A stretch of DNA of 64,000 nt, from assembly GCA_963727525.1 (NCBI GenBank), contig CAVSGO010000007.1, positions 512,001 through 576,000 on the forward strand. Reading direction: 5' to 3'. The translations under genes were made by a program, and so were the position numbers. Of this stretch, positions 21,289-29,704 are shown piece after piece (the stretch's first letter is position 1; the number at the start of each line of letters is the position of its first letter). This DNA is from an uncultured bacterium. Lineage in GTDB: Bacteria; Krumholzibacteriota; Krumholzibacteriia; LZORAL124-64-63. The notes beneath the pieces are model-generated. The model was not told the DNA's origin, did no database searches, and saw nothing but the letters and a program-made list of their open reading frames with translations.

Positions 21289-24200
21289 ATGAAGCGATTT
21301 GTTCTGTTCGCCACGCTGTCCCTGGCTCTTGTGTTTGCGATGAGCGCCATGGCCGATACCAACCATCACCAGGCGGTGAAGGGTGGATACGGGATGATCT
21401 ATGGTGCCCCCGCAAACACGGCCAAGGCCGTGGGAGATACCACGTACTTGCTGGGTGGGCCCGGTTCCTTCAATGGCCGGTTCGAGGATGCCTCTGGCAA
21501 CCCCGACTGGCAGGGCTGGACTCACGACGATATCACCTTCGCAGGTATTCAGCGCTGGAACGTGTCCACGTACAACGTACCCACCGGCGGCGGCACCTAT
21601 GCGGCCTGGTGCGGTGCGGTGTTCGCGAACGCCTGCGCTGAGGGTTATGGCAACGACTGGAACGAGAACCTCGTGTATGCGTACACGGTTCCCAATCCCG
21701 GCGTTTCCACGATCGTGAACCTGTCCTGCGTCTTCAATTCCGACTCCGAGCCGGGCTTCGACTACTTCATGGTGCAGTACAACCGCGGTGGCGTTTGGCA
21801 GACCGTGGGCGTGCCGTACGATGGGGCCAACGTCGACGTCGCGTTCTCGGCGCCGATCTCCTTCACCCCTGCCGACTACGTCGGTTCCGGCGGCAACCAG
21901 CTGCAGATTCGCTTCCACAGCGACTCTGACGGCGCTTGGTCCGATGAGGACTGCCTCTGGGACACCAGTGGTCACGCGCAGGTTGACAACATCGTGTTCG
22001 CCATCACCGGTGTTCCGTCCGTCACGTTCAACTTCGAGGACGGCAACACGAATACGTTCGATGACGGAGACCTGACCAACCTCGAGCAGGTGTTCGATGT
22101 CGGCGTGGGCGACTTCAGCAAGATCTGGGTCGGCCTCAATGACATCGACGTGTGCCGCACGAACTACTCCGCTCAGGTCGCCTTCATCGACGACGGCGAC
22201 GTCGTGCCGGGCACCGGCGGCTACCAGTGCACCACCTGGTGCTATGGCCCTGGCGGTTACATCGTGAACCCCGAGGGTGGTCTGGCCGGTCCCGACCAGC
22301 ACATCAACAACCTGCTCATCTCGCCGGTCCTGACCTGGCCGGCCGGTGCCGATGCCGCGTACCTGGAGTACGAGGCCTACCGTCACGAGACGCGCATCGC
22401 CTCGATGAGCGGTATTTTCTACCAGTGGCATGTCCGGTCGACCACCGGCGATGCGCAGGACCTCGCCGCGTCCGCGTGGCAGGACCGCAACTTCGTGTAC
22501 TACGGTGGTCCGGACTACCTGCGTGATCATCAGGTCGTAACCGATCTCCTCGAGCCGGGTCGCGCGCTCGTGCAGATGTCTCTGCGCTGCATCGAGTACG
22601 GCTGGGTCTGGGGCGAGGTTGGAGTCGACGGCACGCCGGCTCCGTACTTCGACAACGTTGCGTTCGTGGCCTTCCCGTACGCGGGTCCTGGCATCACGGC
22701 GCGCGAAATCGACATCGCGCAGGACAGCTTCCCCGAGCGCGGTGTGCTCGATACCGGCACCCTTGCCAACAACTGGATCCGTTTCGACATGGCACGGAGC
22801 ATCTCTCCGAGCGCCGACCTGCGAAACGATCCGGGCGACTCGCTGCTCTTCGACATCGGCTTGCCGCGTGCGAATTCGACGCTCAACCAGATGCCGAAGA
22901 TCGTCGTGAAGATGAAGGCCAACCCGCTGTTCGACACGGCTCGCGTCCTGCCGCCGAACTTCACCCAGACCGGCGACGTGGTCGACGGTTGGGCGTATGG
23001 CGACTCGACGTTCCAGTCGAATGGCACCGTGGTGGAGAACCGGTACAACTTCGACCTGCCGGACTCCAACCTCTTCTTCCCCGGCGACGTGATTCACTAC
23101 TACATCGAGGCCGAGGACAACGTTCCTGGTGGCAACCCGGTCGTCGGAACGTCGACGATCCCTGCCGACCTCACTGGCTTCGATAACTTCACCACCCCGC
23201 TCGCGTACAACAGCAGCTTCGTGGTTCATGGCCTGCCGACGATGTTCGATGTGGCGGGCAATCAGCCGCGGATCCTGTTCTGGAACGACTTCGCGAACCG
23301 TGGTGGCGAGAACGAGTGGTTGCTGTCCCTGAACAACCTGGGCTACAACGAGGGCAACGACTACGACCAGTACTACACCAACGGTCCGAGCTCGGGCGTT
23401 GGCGACGGTCTGGGTGGCCGTGCCACGACGGCCGTCATCGACGGATACGACGTGTTGCTCTACACCGCTGGCGACCTGTCGGTCGAGACGATCTCCAACG
23501 GTGACTTCAACGACGATCCGGGCAACGATGTCGGCCTGCTCGATCTCTGGTTCCAGCAGGGTGGCAAGAAAGCCTTCTTCACCGGCGACAACCTGGTCTA
23601 CAGCATGACCCAGGCTGGCGGCTCGACGCAGGCCTTCTTTGCCAACTACTTCGGCGTGCAGTTCATCCAGAAGGATCTGTCCGGCCTGATCGGCAACCAG
23701 ATCGCTCCGCACGTCCACACCATCCAGAACAACAGCGTGTTCTCGTCCATCGACGAGTGGATCGCGTTTGGTGGCTGCCTTGGCATCAATCAGTTCGATG
23801 CCGTCCAGACCATCGGCGCGACCGAGCGTGTGGCCGAGTTCCTGAGCCCGTCCGGTACGGGGGGCCAGTATCCGTATGCGGCGACCACGCGCAAGACGGC
23901 CACCGCAGACGTGATCACGATGCCCTACGACCTCATGTTCATCTACAACGCGCCAGGCTACGTGCCGCCGACGCCCGCGTTGCCGGCTCGCGCGGCTGTC
24001 CTCCAGGACATCCTCGTCGAGTTCGGTGTCGCGCCGACGGGCTCGATCATCGGTGTGCCCGACAACGGTGTGTTCGCGGTGAGCAACTACCCGAACCCGT
24101 TCAACCCGCAGACGACCATCAAGCTGAACCTCCCGAAGGCGGGGCATGTCAGCCTGAAGGTCTTCAACGTCCGCGGTGAACTGGTCAAGACCCTCGTGAA

Positions 24201-24342
24201 CGGCAATCTGGAAGCTGGCGAGCAGTCCATCGTCTGGGACGGCTCCAACGACCAGGGCGCCAAGGTTGCCTCGGGTGTCTACTTCTACGAGACCCGTGCC
24301 AACGGCGAGGTGAAGGTCAACAAGATGGCGCTGGTGAAGTAA
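21289..24342 (+). CDS. Large secreted protein (1017 aa) with C-terminal FlgD-Ig/T9SS-type sorting domain
   Basis: Sec signal MKRFVLFATLSLALVFAMSAMA. Asn/Asp/Gly/Thr/Tyr-rich body. C-terminus NYPNPFNPQTTIKL..VFNVRGELVKTL..WDG..VASGVYFY..KMALVK. Confidence 0.9.
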   Translation: MKRFVLFATLSLALVFAMSAMADTNHHQAVKGGYGMIYGAPANTAKAVGDTTYLLGGPGSFNGRFEDASGNPDWQGWTHDDITFAGIQRWNVSTYNVPTGGGTYAAWCGAVFANACAEGYGNDWNENLVYAYTVPNPGVSTIVNLSCVFNSDSEPGFDYFMVQYNRGGVWQTVGVPYDGANVDVAFSAPISFTPADYVGSGGNQLQIRFHSDSDGAWSDEDCLWDTSGHAQVDNIVFAITGVPSVTFNFEDGNTNTFDDGDLTNLEQVFDVGVGDFSKIWVGLNDIDVCRTNYSAQVAFIDDGDVVPGTGGYQCTTWCYGPGGYIVNPEGGLAGPDQHINNLLISPVLTWPAGADAAYLEYEAYRHETRIASMSGIFYQWHVRSTTGDAQDLAASAWQDRNFVYYGGPDYLRDHQVVTDLLEPGRALVQMSLRCIEYGWVWGEVGVDGTPAPYFDNVAFVAFPYAGPGITAREIDIAQDSFPERGVLDTGTLANNWIRFDMARSISPSADLRNDPGDSLLFDIGLPRANSTLNQMPKIVVKMKANPLFDTARVLPPNFTQTGDVVDGWAYGDSTFQSNGTVVENRYNFDLPDSNLFFPGDVIHYYIEAEDNVPGGNPVVGTSTIPADLTGFDNFTTPLAYNSSFVVHGLPTMFDVAGNQPRILFWNDFANRGGENEWLLSLNNLGYNEGNDYDQYYTNGPSSGVGDGLGGRATTAVIDGYDVLLYTAGDLSVETISNGDFNDDPGNDVGLLDLWFQQGGKKAFFTGDNLVYSMTQAGGSTQAFFANYFGVQFIQKDLSGLIGNQIAPHVHTIQNNSVFSSIDEWIAFGGCLGINQFDAVQTIGATERVAEFLSPSGTGGQYPYAATTRKTATADVITMPYDLMFIYNAPGYVPPTPALPARAAVLQDILVEFGVAPTGSIIGVPDNGVFAVSNYPNPFNPQTTIKLNLPKAGHVSLKVFNVRGELVKTLVNGNLEAGEQSIVWDGSNDQGAKVASGVYFYETRANGEVKVNKMALVK

Positions 24343-24362
24343 TTCACCGTTTCGTCTGACCT

Positions 24363-24395
24363 GGCAGCGGCCCCCCCGGGGGCCGCTGCTGCTTT
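24363..24395 (+). terminator. Intrinsic terminator-like hairpin
   Basis: GCAGCGGCCCC / GGGGCCGCTGC 11-bp stem followed by TGCTTT, about 20 nt after the stop. Confidence 0.7.
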
Positions 24396-24450
24396 ATGAG
24401 CGGGAGATTTCCCCCGAGTGGGCCGGGCGAAGCCATCCGGGATGCGGAAG

Positions 24451-24480
24451 TTGACACGGCACGGGCGTAATCCCTATATT
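24451..24480 (+). promoter_or_regulatory. Near-consensus sigma70 promoter for the lipoprotein pair
   Basis: TTGACA-18 nt-TATATT. Confidence 0.7.
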
Positions 24481-24555
24481 TCACTTGGTTTCTCGGGATC
24501 TAGCCCCGCCGCCCGAGTTTTGGGACTCATGCGCGAATAGGGAGTACGGACCGAC

Positions 24556-26991
24556 ATGTGGAGTCCTCGGCATGCAATCGTCAGCTTCTTCCTGGCCGTC
24601 CTCGCCGCCACGGTGCTCTTCGGCTGCCGTGCCTTCCAGCCGGAGGCGGTGATCGTCAATCGTCCGCCGGAGACCTACATCATCGGATCGCCGGCGGAGA
24701 CGTCGGGCGCTTACTTCCATTTCCACGTGTACTGGTACGGTACCGACTCGGATGGATTCGTCGAGCGGTACGTGTGGGCACTGACGGATACGTCGATCCA
24801 GAAACCTGAAACCGACACGGACGAGGAAGACCAGAACTTCAATCCGGCCACCAATATCGGAACCCTGGCCATCGGGCGCTACACGACGAAGACCGACTCG
24901 ATCTTCGACTTCCAGATCAACCAGGGTTCGAATCTGAGCTACGACATGACGCTGCACATGGTGGCGATCGATGACCGCGGCGATTTCGACCGCACGCCGG
25001 CGCGGCTGCACTTCTTCAGCAATGCGCTCGGGCAGCCCGACATCACGTTCTATCGCAACGATATCGCGCCCGATCACGTGTTCGCCTATAGCGACACGAT
25101 CGCATACGGCGAGCCCCTGGTCCTGCGCTGGGCTGGTTCCACGCCCAACACCGCCTATTACGAGCCCGACCTGCTCGCGATGCGCGATACCGTACCCGAA
25201 GTGCTGCCGCCCGGACAGGCGCCCGACGGGCTGCTGGGCTTCAAGTGGTTCGTCGTGGGCGAGGGCGACTGCGACCCCTCGACCGCGGATTGCTGGAATC
25301 CCCGGCGCCTGAACGAAGCGACGGGCGATAGCTTCAGCGTTTTTGGCGACGTCAATCGGCTCGTGTTCCTGAACGACGGCTCGGCAAGCGGCGTCTTCGG
25401 ACGCAAGCTCAGGAGCGGCGTGCTCCAGGTGATGGTCAACACCATCGACATCGCCGGCGTCCAGGTGCCTCTCACCAGCCAGACGCTGAACATCGTCGTG
25501 AACTACGATCCCGATACCTACATGCTGCGCGGCGAGATGGATCCGGCATACAACGATACCTCGGTCTACCCCTACTACGTCGTGTTCCACGGCAACGATG
25601 CCGGCCGGCACATCGCCTTCGCGGAAGGGGATACGGTGCCGGACAATGCGTACGTCGTCTTCAAGGCGCTCGGCTGGGATGATCGCCGCGACGAGCGGGT
25701 GAGCGCGCAGAACCTCCTCAGCTTCCAGGGTCTCTACGAGGCCGTCGGGCTGTTCAACGGCACGAGCCCGTTCCCCTTCTCGGCGACCGCGAGCGATACG
25801 CACCGAACGCAGGAATGGACGGCCGCGGATCCCACGGAAGTCTCCTCGGACACCATCGGCTTCCTCGTTGGCCCCTTCGAGTACTCGATGATCATGCGTT
25901 CGGTCGACGAGCATGGACGCCGCGACGGCACCCCCGATACGCTCAGATTCGTCGGCAACTACCCGCCGTGCGTGCAGTGTATCGAGCTCTCGAATACGGC
26001 GAACCGGCCCACGTTCCAGTACCAGGGCGATTGCTACGATCATGCCTGCCTCGACCAGGAGACGGTGCTGCACGTCTATTTCGCGCCGAACACGACCGAT
26101 CCGACCCAGCTGACCAGGTCGGACAACCTGAGCAAGGTGTACTGGAACCGGGACACGGGAGACGTCACCTTCAATTCGCCGAGCGTGCCGGCTGGCTATG
26201 ATTCCACGCTGGCCTACAAGTATACCTACCGGGTCTACCTGCATGGCAAGGATCCGGAGCAGGAGCACTGGGCGCCCGGGCAGGCCATTCGCCGGATCGG
26301 CTCCTGGCGTTACCGGATCGACTACGCCGCGGACACCGGCAATGCCATCTCCGACGGCAGTGGCGGCGCTTCCGACAACCTCGATGCGCTCTCAGGGTTC
26401 AACCTCGCGGGAAATGACACCACGGCGGCCAGCGACCTGTTCATCTACCCGTCGACGGGAGTCTGGGGTGTGCGGGTGGCGGTGGGCGTGCCGTCCAGTC
26501 TGCTGTTCTCGGGGCCGGCCGGCTTGTGGGCGACCTTGCTGGACACGGCCAACGCGCCCGTCCCCGCCGGGACGACCCACGCGGATACCCTGGCCTGGCA
26601 GGCGCTGCCGGAGGTGCAGGATGCCTACGTATCCTGGCATCTCACGACGATGCAGTTCTCGCCGGGTACCGTTCGGGCCGTGGCCAACGATGCCGCGGTG
26701 ACGTGTGCGTACCGCCCGTCGTGGAACATGTATCACTATTTCGCGGGCGTGCGCCCGCCGGCGAACCATGGTCGGGCCTGCACCCGAGGTGTTTACGATC
26801 AACCCGGCGGCATCGTCGAGGACGGCGCGTTCGACCTCAAGGTCTTCGCTGCCGAAAGCAACCGGGGGGAACCGGTGGGCAAGCCGTTCCAGATCGTGGT
26901 CCACACCGGGGCGGGCGACTTCGTGGGAGGCGGCGATCCGCCGGGCTGGATTCCCGACGGCAAGTCTTCGGGGCGAGTCGCCTGGCGCTGA
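24556..26991 (+). CDS. Large hypothetical lipoprotein with repeated Ig-like beta modules
   Basis: GGGAG SD and lipobox LFGC. Modules NRPPETYI..YWYGTDSDG..AIDDRGDFDRTPA and RSVDEHGRRDGTPD. Confidence 0.8.
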   Translation: MWSPRHAIVSFFLAVLAATVLFGCRAFQPEAVIVNRPPETYIIGSPAETSGAYFHFHVYWYGTDSDGFVERYVWALTDTSIQKPETDTDEEDQNFNPATNIGTLAIGRYTTKTDSIFDFQINQGSNLSYDMTLHMVAIDDRGDFDRTPARLHFFSNALGQPDITFYRNDIAPDHVFAYSDTIAYGEPLVLRWAGSTPNTAYYEPDLLAMRDTVPEVLPPGQAPDGLLGFKWFVVGEGDCDPSTADCWNPRRLNEATGDSFSVFGDVNRLVFLNDGSASGVFGRKLRSGVLQVMVNTIDIAGVQVPLTSQTLNIVVNYDPDTYMLRGEMDPAYNDTSVYPYYVVFHGNDAGRHIAFAEGDTVPDNAYVVFKALGWDDRRDERVSAQNLLSFQGLYEAVGLFNGTSPFPFSATASDTHRTQEWTAADPTEVSSDTIGFLVGPFEYSMIMRSVDEHGRRDGTPDTLRFVGNYPPCVQCIELSNTANRPTFQYQGDCYDHACLDQETVLHVYFAPNTTDPTQLTRSDNLSKVYWNRDTGDVTFNSPSVPAGYDSTLAYKYTYRVYLHGKDPEQEHWAPGQAIRRIGSWRYRIDYAADTGNAISDGSGGASDNLDALSGFNLAGNDTTAASDLFIYPSTGVWGVRVAVGVPSSLLFSGPAGLWATLLDTANAPVPAGTTHADTLAWQALPEVQDAYVSWHLTTMQFSPGTVRAVANDAAVTCAYRPSWNMYHYFAGVRPPANHGRACTRGVYDQPGGIVEDGAFDLKVFAAESNRGEPVGKPFQIVVHTGAGDFVGGGDPPGWIPDGKSSGRVAWR

Positions 26992-27081
26992 TGGTGTCGA
27001 CCACCGAGTCACGAGACGAATTTACGATGCGATAGACACGTCCGGATCCGCGTGAGAGCGGGTGCGGGAAGGAGCGAGGGG

Positions 27082-29604
27082 ATGAGCAAGCGAATCTTGG
27101 CCGGCAGCCTGGTGATCGCACTGGGAAGTCTGGGATTGCTATCCGTGGGGTGTAGCCCCGACTCCAATCTCGGTGGCGCGCCGGTGCCCAACGTGTCGCC
27201 CGATACGCAGATCACGGCGCGTCCGCCGGACCTGCTTGAGGGCTCATACTTGGTCGAGTTCTTCTGGACGGGATACGATCCCGAGGGCCGGGTCAAGGGA
27301 TACCAGTGGAAGCTGAGCACTAACGGCACCGACGGGATCAGCGTCCAGGATACGCTGACCTTCGATCCGGTCACAGGGGACACCCTCAATCCCTGGCACT
27401 TCACGGTGGCCACGGATACCACGTTGCTGGTGTCGGCGGACATCAACGATCTCCCGAGCGACGAGGACGGTCTGCACCGCGGTTACCAGACGCACACCTT
27501 CTTCGTGCGCGCGCTGGATGATCGGGGCGCCGTCGACAGTACTCCGGCCTACGTGAGCTTCACGGCGACGACGCTTCTGCCGCAGGTCACGATCGACGGG
27601 CCGACCGTCCTCGTCGACCAGGGCGAACCGAAGTTGCTCCCGCGGACGGTGACCATCTCCTACACTGGATCGGATCCTGATTTCAGCCTCGGGATCCCGA
27701 CGAAGATCCGGTTCCTGTGGAAGAAGGCGCTCCTGCCGAACGGAAGCTATGCCCAGGGCAGAGTCCAGGTGCAGGAGAACATCGACTATCTTGCATCCTT
27801 CGACGATTCGCTCTGGTCGAACTGGGAGCCGTTCCCGCGGATCGAGGACAATCGCCAGCATTCGTGGCCCGGCCAGGTTCGATTGGACGGTTTGGACATC
27901 ATCCGCTACATCATGGTGGCTCAAGTCCAGGACACGGCCGGCGCCGTCAGTATCGACCGCAGCTACGGCATCAACGTCGCCCATATCCAGATCAAAGACG
28001 ATTTCTCTCCTGCCCTGACGATCCAGGAGACGTATCTGCCGTCGATCATCGCGACGGGTCTCGATTTCCGACGCGACTTCGATATCGCCGCGGGGCAGCC
28101 CGTGACGTTCGAGTGGGGTGCGTCGGCGGAAGACTACCTTGGCAGGATCGTGTCTTACCGCTATGGCTGGGACCTCACCGACCCTGATGACCCGGACGAC
28201 CCGGGGTGGGCCGTGCTGCCCGGCAACGCGCCTCAGCATCGCCGGGCGCCGACGCGTGCGTTCGCCAGTGGCACGCACTCGCTGACCGTTCAGGTGAAGG
28301 ACAACTCGGATCAGACCACGCGGGCCACGATCAACCTGATTGTGGTTCCGGTGCCGGACCCGGCGTCCCAGAACCCGCTGCTACTGATCGACGATGTGTA
28401 CGACAAGGATTCCGGTAGCTGGCCGGGCCACGAGTCGCCTCCGATCCCGTATGACAACGACACGTACCGCGACCAGTTCTGGCTGCAGGCGCTGGACGGT
28501 CACGTGACGAACTTCGATCACCAGCGCGACATCTTCGATCTCGAAGAAGTCGGCCTCGCTTACCGGGACGTCGTGAAGTACAAGACGATCATCTGGGCGA
28601 GCAAGACGAACAGCACCAATTACGTCGTCCAGAATTTTCGTCCGTCGTCCTGGAACCAGGATCGCTTCAACTGGCTCACCTCTTACCAGGATCGCGTGGG
28701 CAACCTGCTCATTTGCGGCGCGCGCTCGATGATGAACTTCTTCTACGGCGTGGGCTCGGGCGCCTATGCGTTGCCCGTCATCTTCGAGTCCCGCGAGGGC
28801 TCGCCCGATGGTGGCTACACCGGGGCGGCGCCGGGTTATCGGGTCGGCTGGGGCCAGAAGGAACAGCCCGACGGCACGTTCATCCAGATCGGGCCGACAA
28901 GGTACGGAGCTGCGACGTGGGGCCTGAGTGTGGTCGACGTGATGGCGCCCTCGACGACGGACGTGATCTACGGTACGGATCCCCTCACGATCGCGAGGAT
29001 CGGCCGCAAGACGGCGTGCGTGGGGATCAAGGCGCTGGTGCTGGATCCGGACTTCAAGGCGCGCCACATGCCCGAGGGCGTGAACTTCCCCGACACGATC
29101 CCCACGGAGCCGTTGATCGACTGGCGCGACCTCGATCCCGCGTACTACAACAATCTCGTGCGTCCGTACAACTGGGGTGACGAGGAGTTCTACGATTCGA
29201 ACGTCGCGATCGCCCGGTCGACGTACTACCAGCTCCAGCAGTGCGAGAACAGCGAGATCGACTCGACGAAATTCTGCGTCGAACCCATGTTCCGGGGCCT
29301 GGCGCGGATCGACTGGATCCGTAAGAAGCACCTCGATGTCGATCCCAACGACACCTGGCCCCAGGGTTACTACTCGACGCCGATGGACGAGCTGTGCGGA
29401 CGGTACGCGCTCAACGACGTGAAGAACTCGGCGCGCACGAACAATCAGCCGATCGGCTTCCTGTCATACAAGACGTCCGTCAACAAGCCCAGCCAGGTTC
29501 CCGACATCTGCTGGGGCTTCGACCCCCACAGGTACGAACACACGGAGATGGCGAAGGCGATCCGGTGGGTGCTGGGTAGCCACTTCCGCCTCCAGGTGAA
29601 CTAG
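27082..29604 (+). CDS. Large hypothetical lipoprotein, N-terminally paralogous to 24556
   Basis: GGAG/GAGG SD and lipobox SVGC. NVSPDTQI..FFWTGYDPEG..VRALDDRGAVDSTPA, then a C-terminal alpha/beta domain starting PLLLIDD. Confidence 0.8.
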   Translation: MSKRILAGSLVIALGSLGLLSVGCSPDSNLGGAPVPNVSPDTQITARPPDLLEGSYLVEFFWTGYDPEGRVKGYQWKLSTNGTDGISVQDTLTFDPVTGDTLNPWHFTVATDTTLLVSADINDLPSDEDGLHRGYQTHTFFVRALDDRGAVDSTPAYVSFTATTLLPQVTIDGPTVLVDQGEPKLLPRTVTISYTGSDPDFSLGIPTKIRFLWKKALLPNGSYAQGRVQVQENIDYLASFDDSLWSNWEPFPRIEDNRQHSWPGQVRLDGLDIIRYIMVAQVQDTAGAVSIDRSYGINVAHIQIKDDFSPALTIQETYLPSIIATGLDFRRDFDIAAGQPVTFEWGASAEDYLGRIVSYRYGWDLTDPDDPDDPGWAVLPGNAPQHRRAPTRAFASGTHSLTVQVKDNSDQTTRATINLIVVPVPDPASQNPLLLIDDVYDKDSGSWPGHESPPIPYDNDTYRDQFWLQALDGHVTNFDHQRDIFDLEEVGLAYRDVVKYKTIIWASKTNSTNYVVQNFRPSSWNQDRFNWLTSYQDRVGNLLICGARSMMNFFYGVGSGAYALPVIFESREGSPDGGYTGAAPGYRVGWGQKEQPDGTFIQIGPTRYGAATWGLSVVDVMAPSTTDVIYGTDPLTIARIGRKTACVGIKALVLDPDFKARHMPEGVNFPDTIPTEPLIDWRDLDPAYYNNLVRPYNWGDEEFYDSNVAIARSTYYQLQQCENSEIDSTKFCVEPMFRGLARIDWIRKKHLDVDPNDTWPQGYYSTPMDELCGRYALNDVKNSARTNNQPIGFLSYKTSVNKPSQVPDICWGFDPHRYEHTEMAKAIRWVLGSHFRLQVN

Positions 29605-29617
29605 TCGTATGCAGGCA

Positions 29618-29652
29618 GGGTGCCGCGATCGCTCGGGCTGATCGCGGCACCC
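29618..29652 (+). terminator. Perfect 13-bp GC hairpin without a U-tract (terminator or 3' stabiliser)
   Basis: GGGTGCCGCGATC-9 nt-GATCGCGGCACCC, 13 nt after the stop. Confidence 0.55.
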
Positions 29653-29670
29653 GTCGGACCGCCGCAACCC

Positions 29671-29699
29671 TTGACCCTCGTGACGTCAAAAGGTAGGCT
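29671..29699 (+). promoter_or_regulatory. Candidate sigma70 promoter positioned for a leaderless transcript
   Basis: TTGACC-17 nt-TAGGCT. ATG at 29705 follows after 5 nt, with no SD. Confidence 0.6.
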
Positions 29700-29704
29700 C
29701 TAGC

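Noticed and set aside
21244-24147. 967-aa minus-strand ORF
   Set aside because: Exact antisense shadow of the strongly codon-biased secreted protein. Val/Arg/Glu-rich with no motifs.
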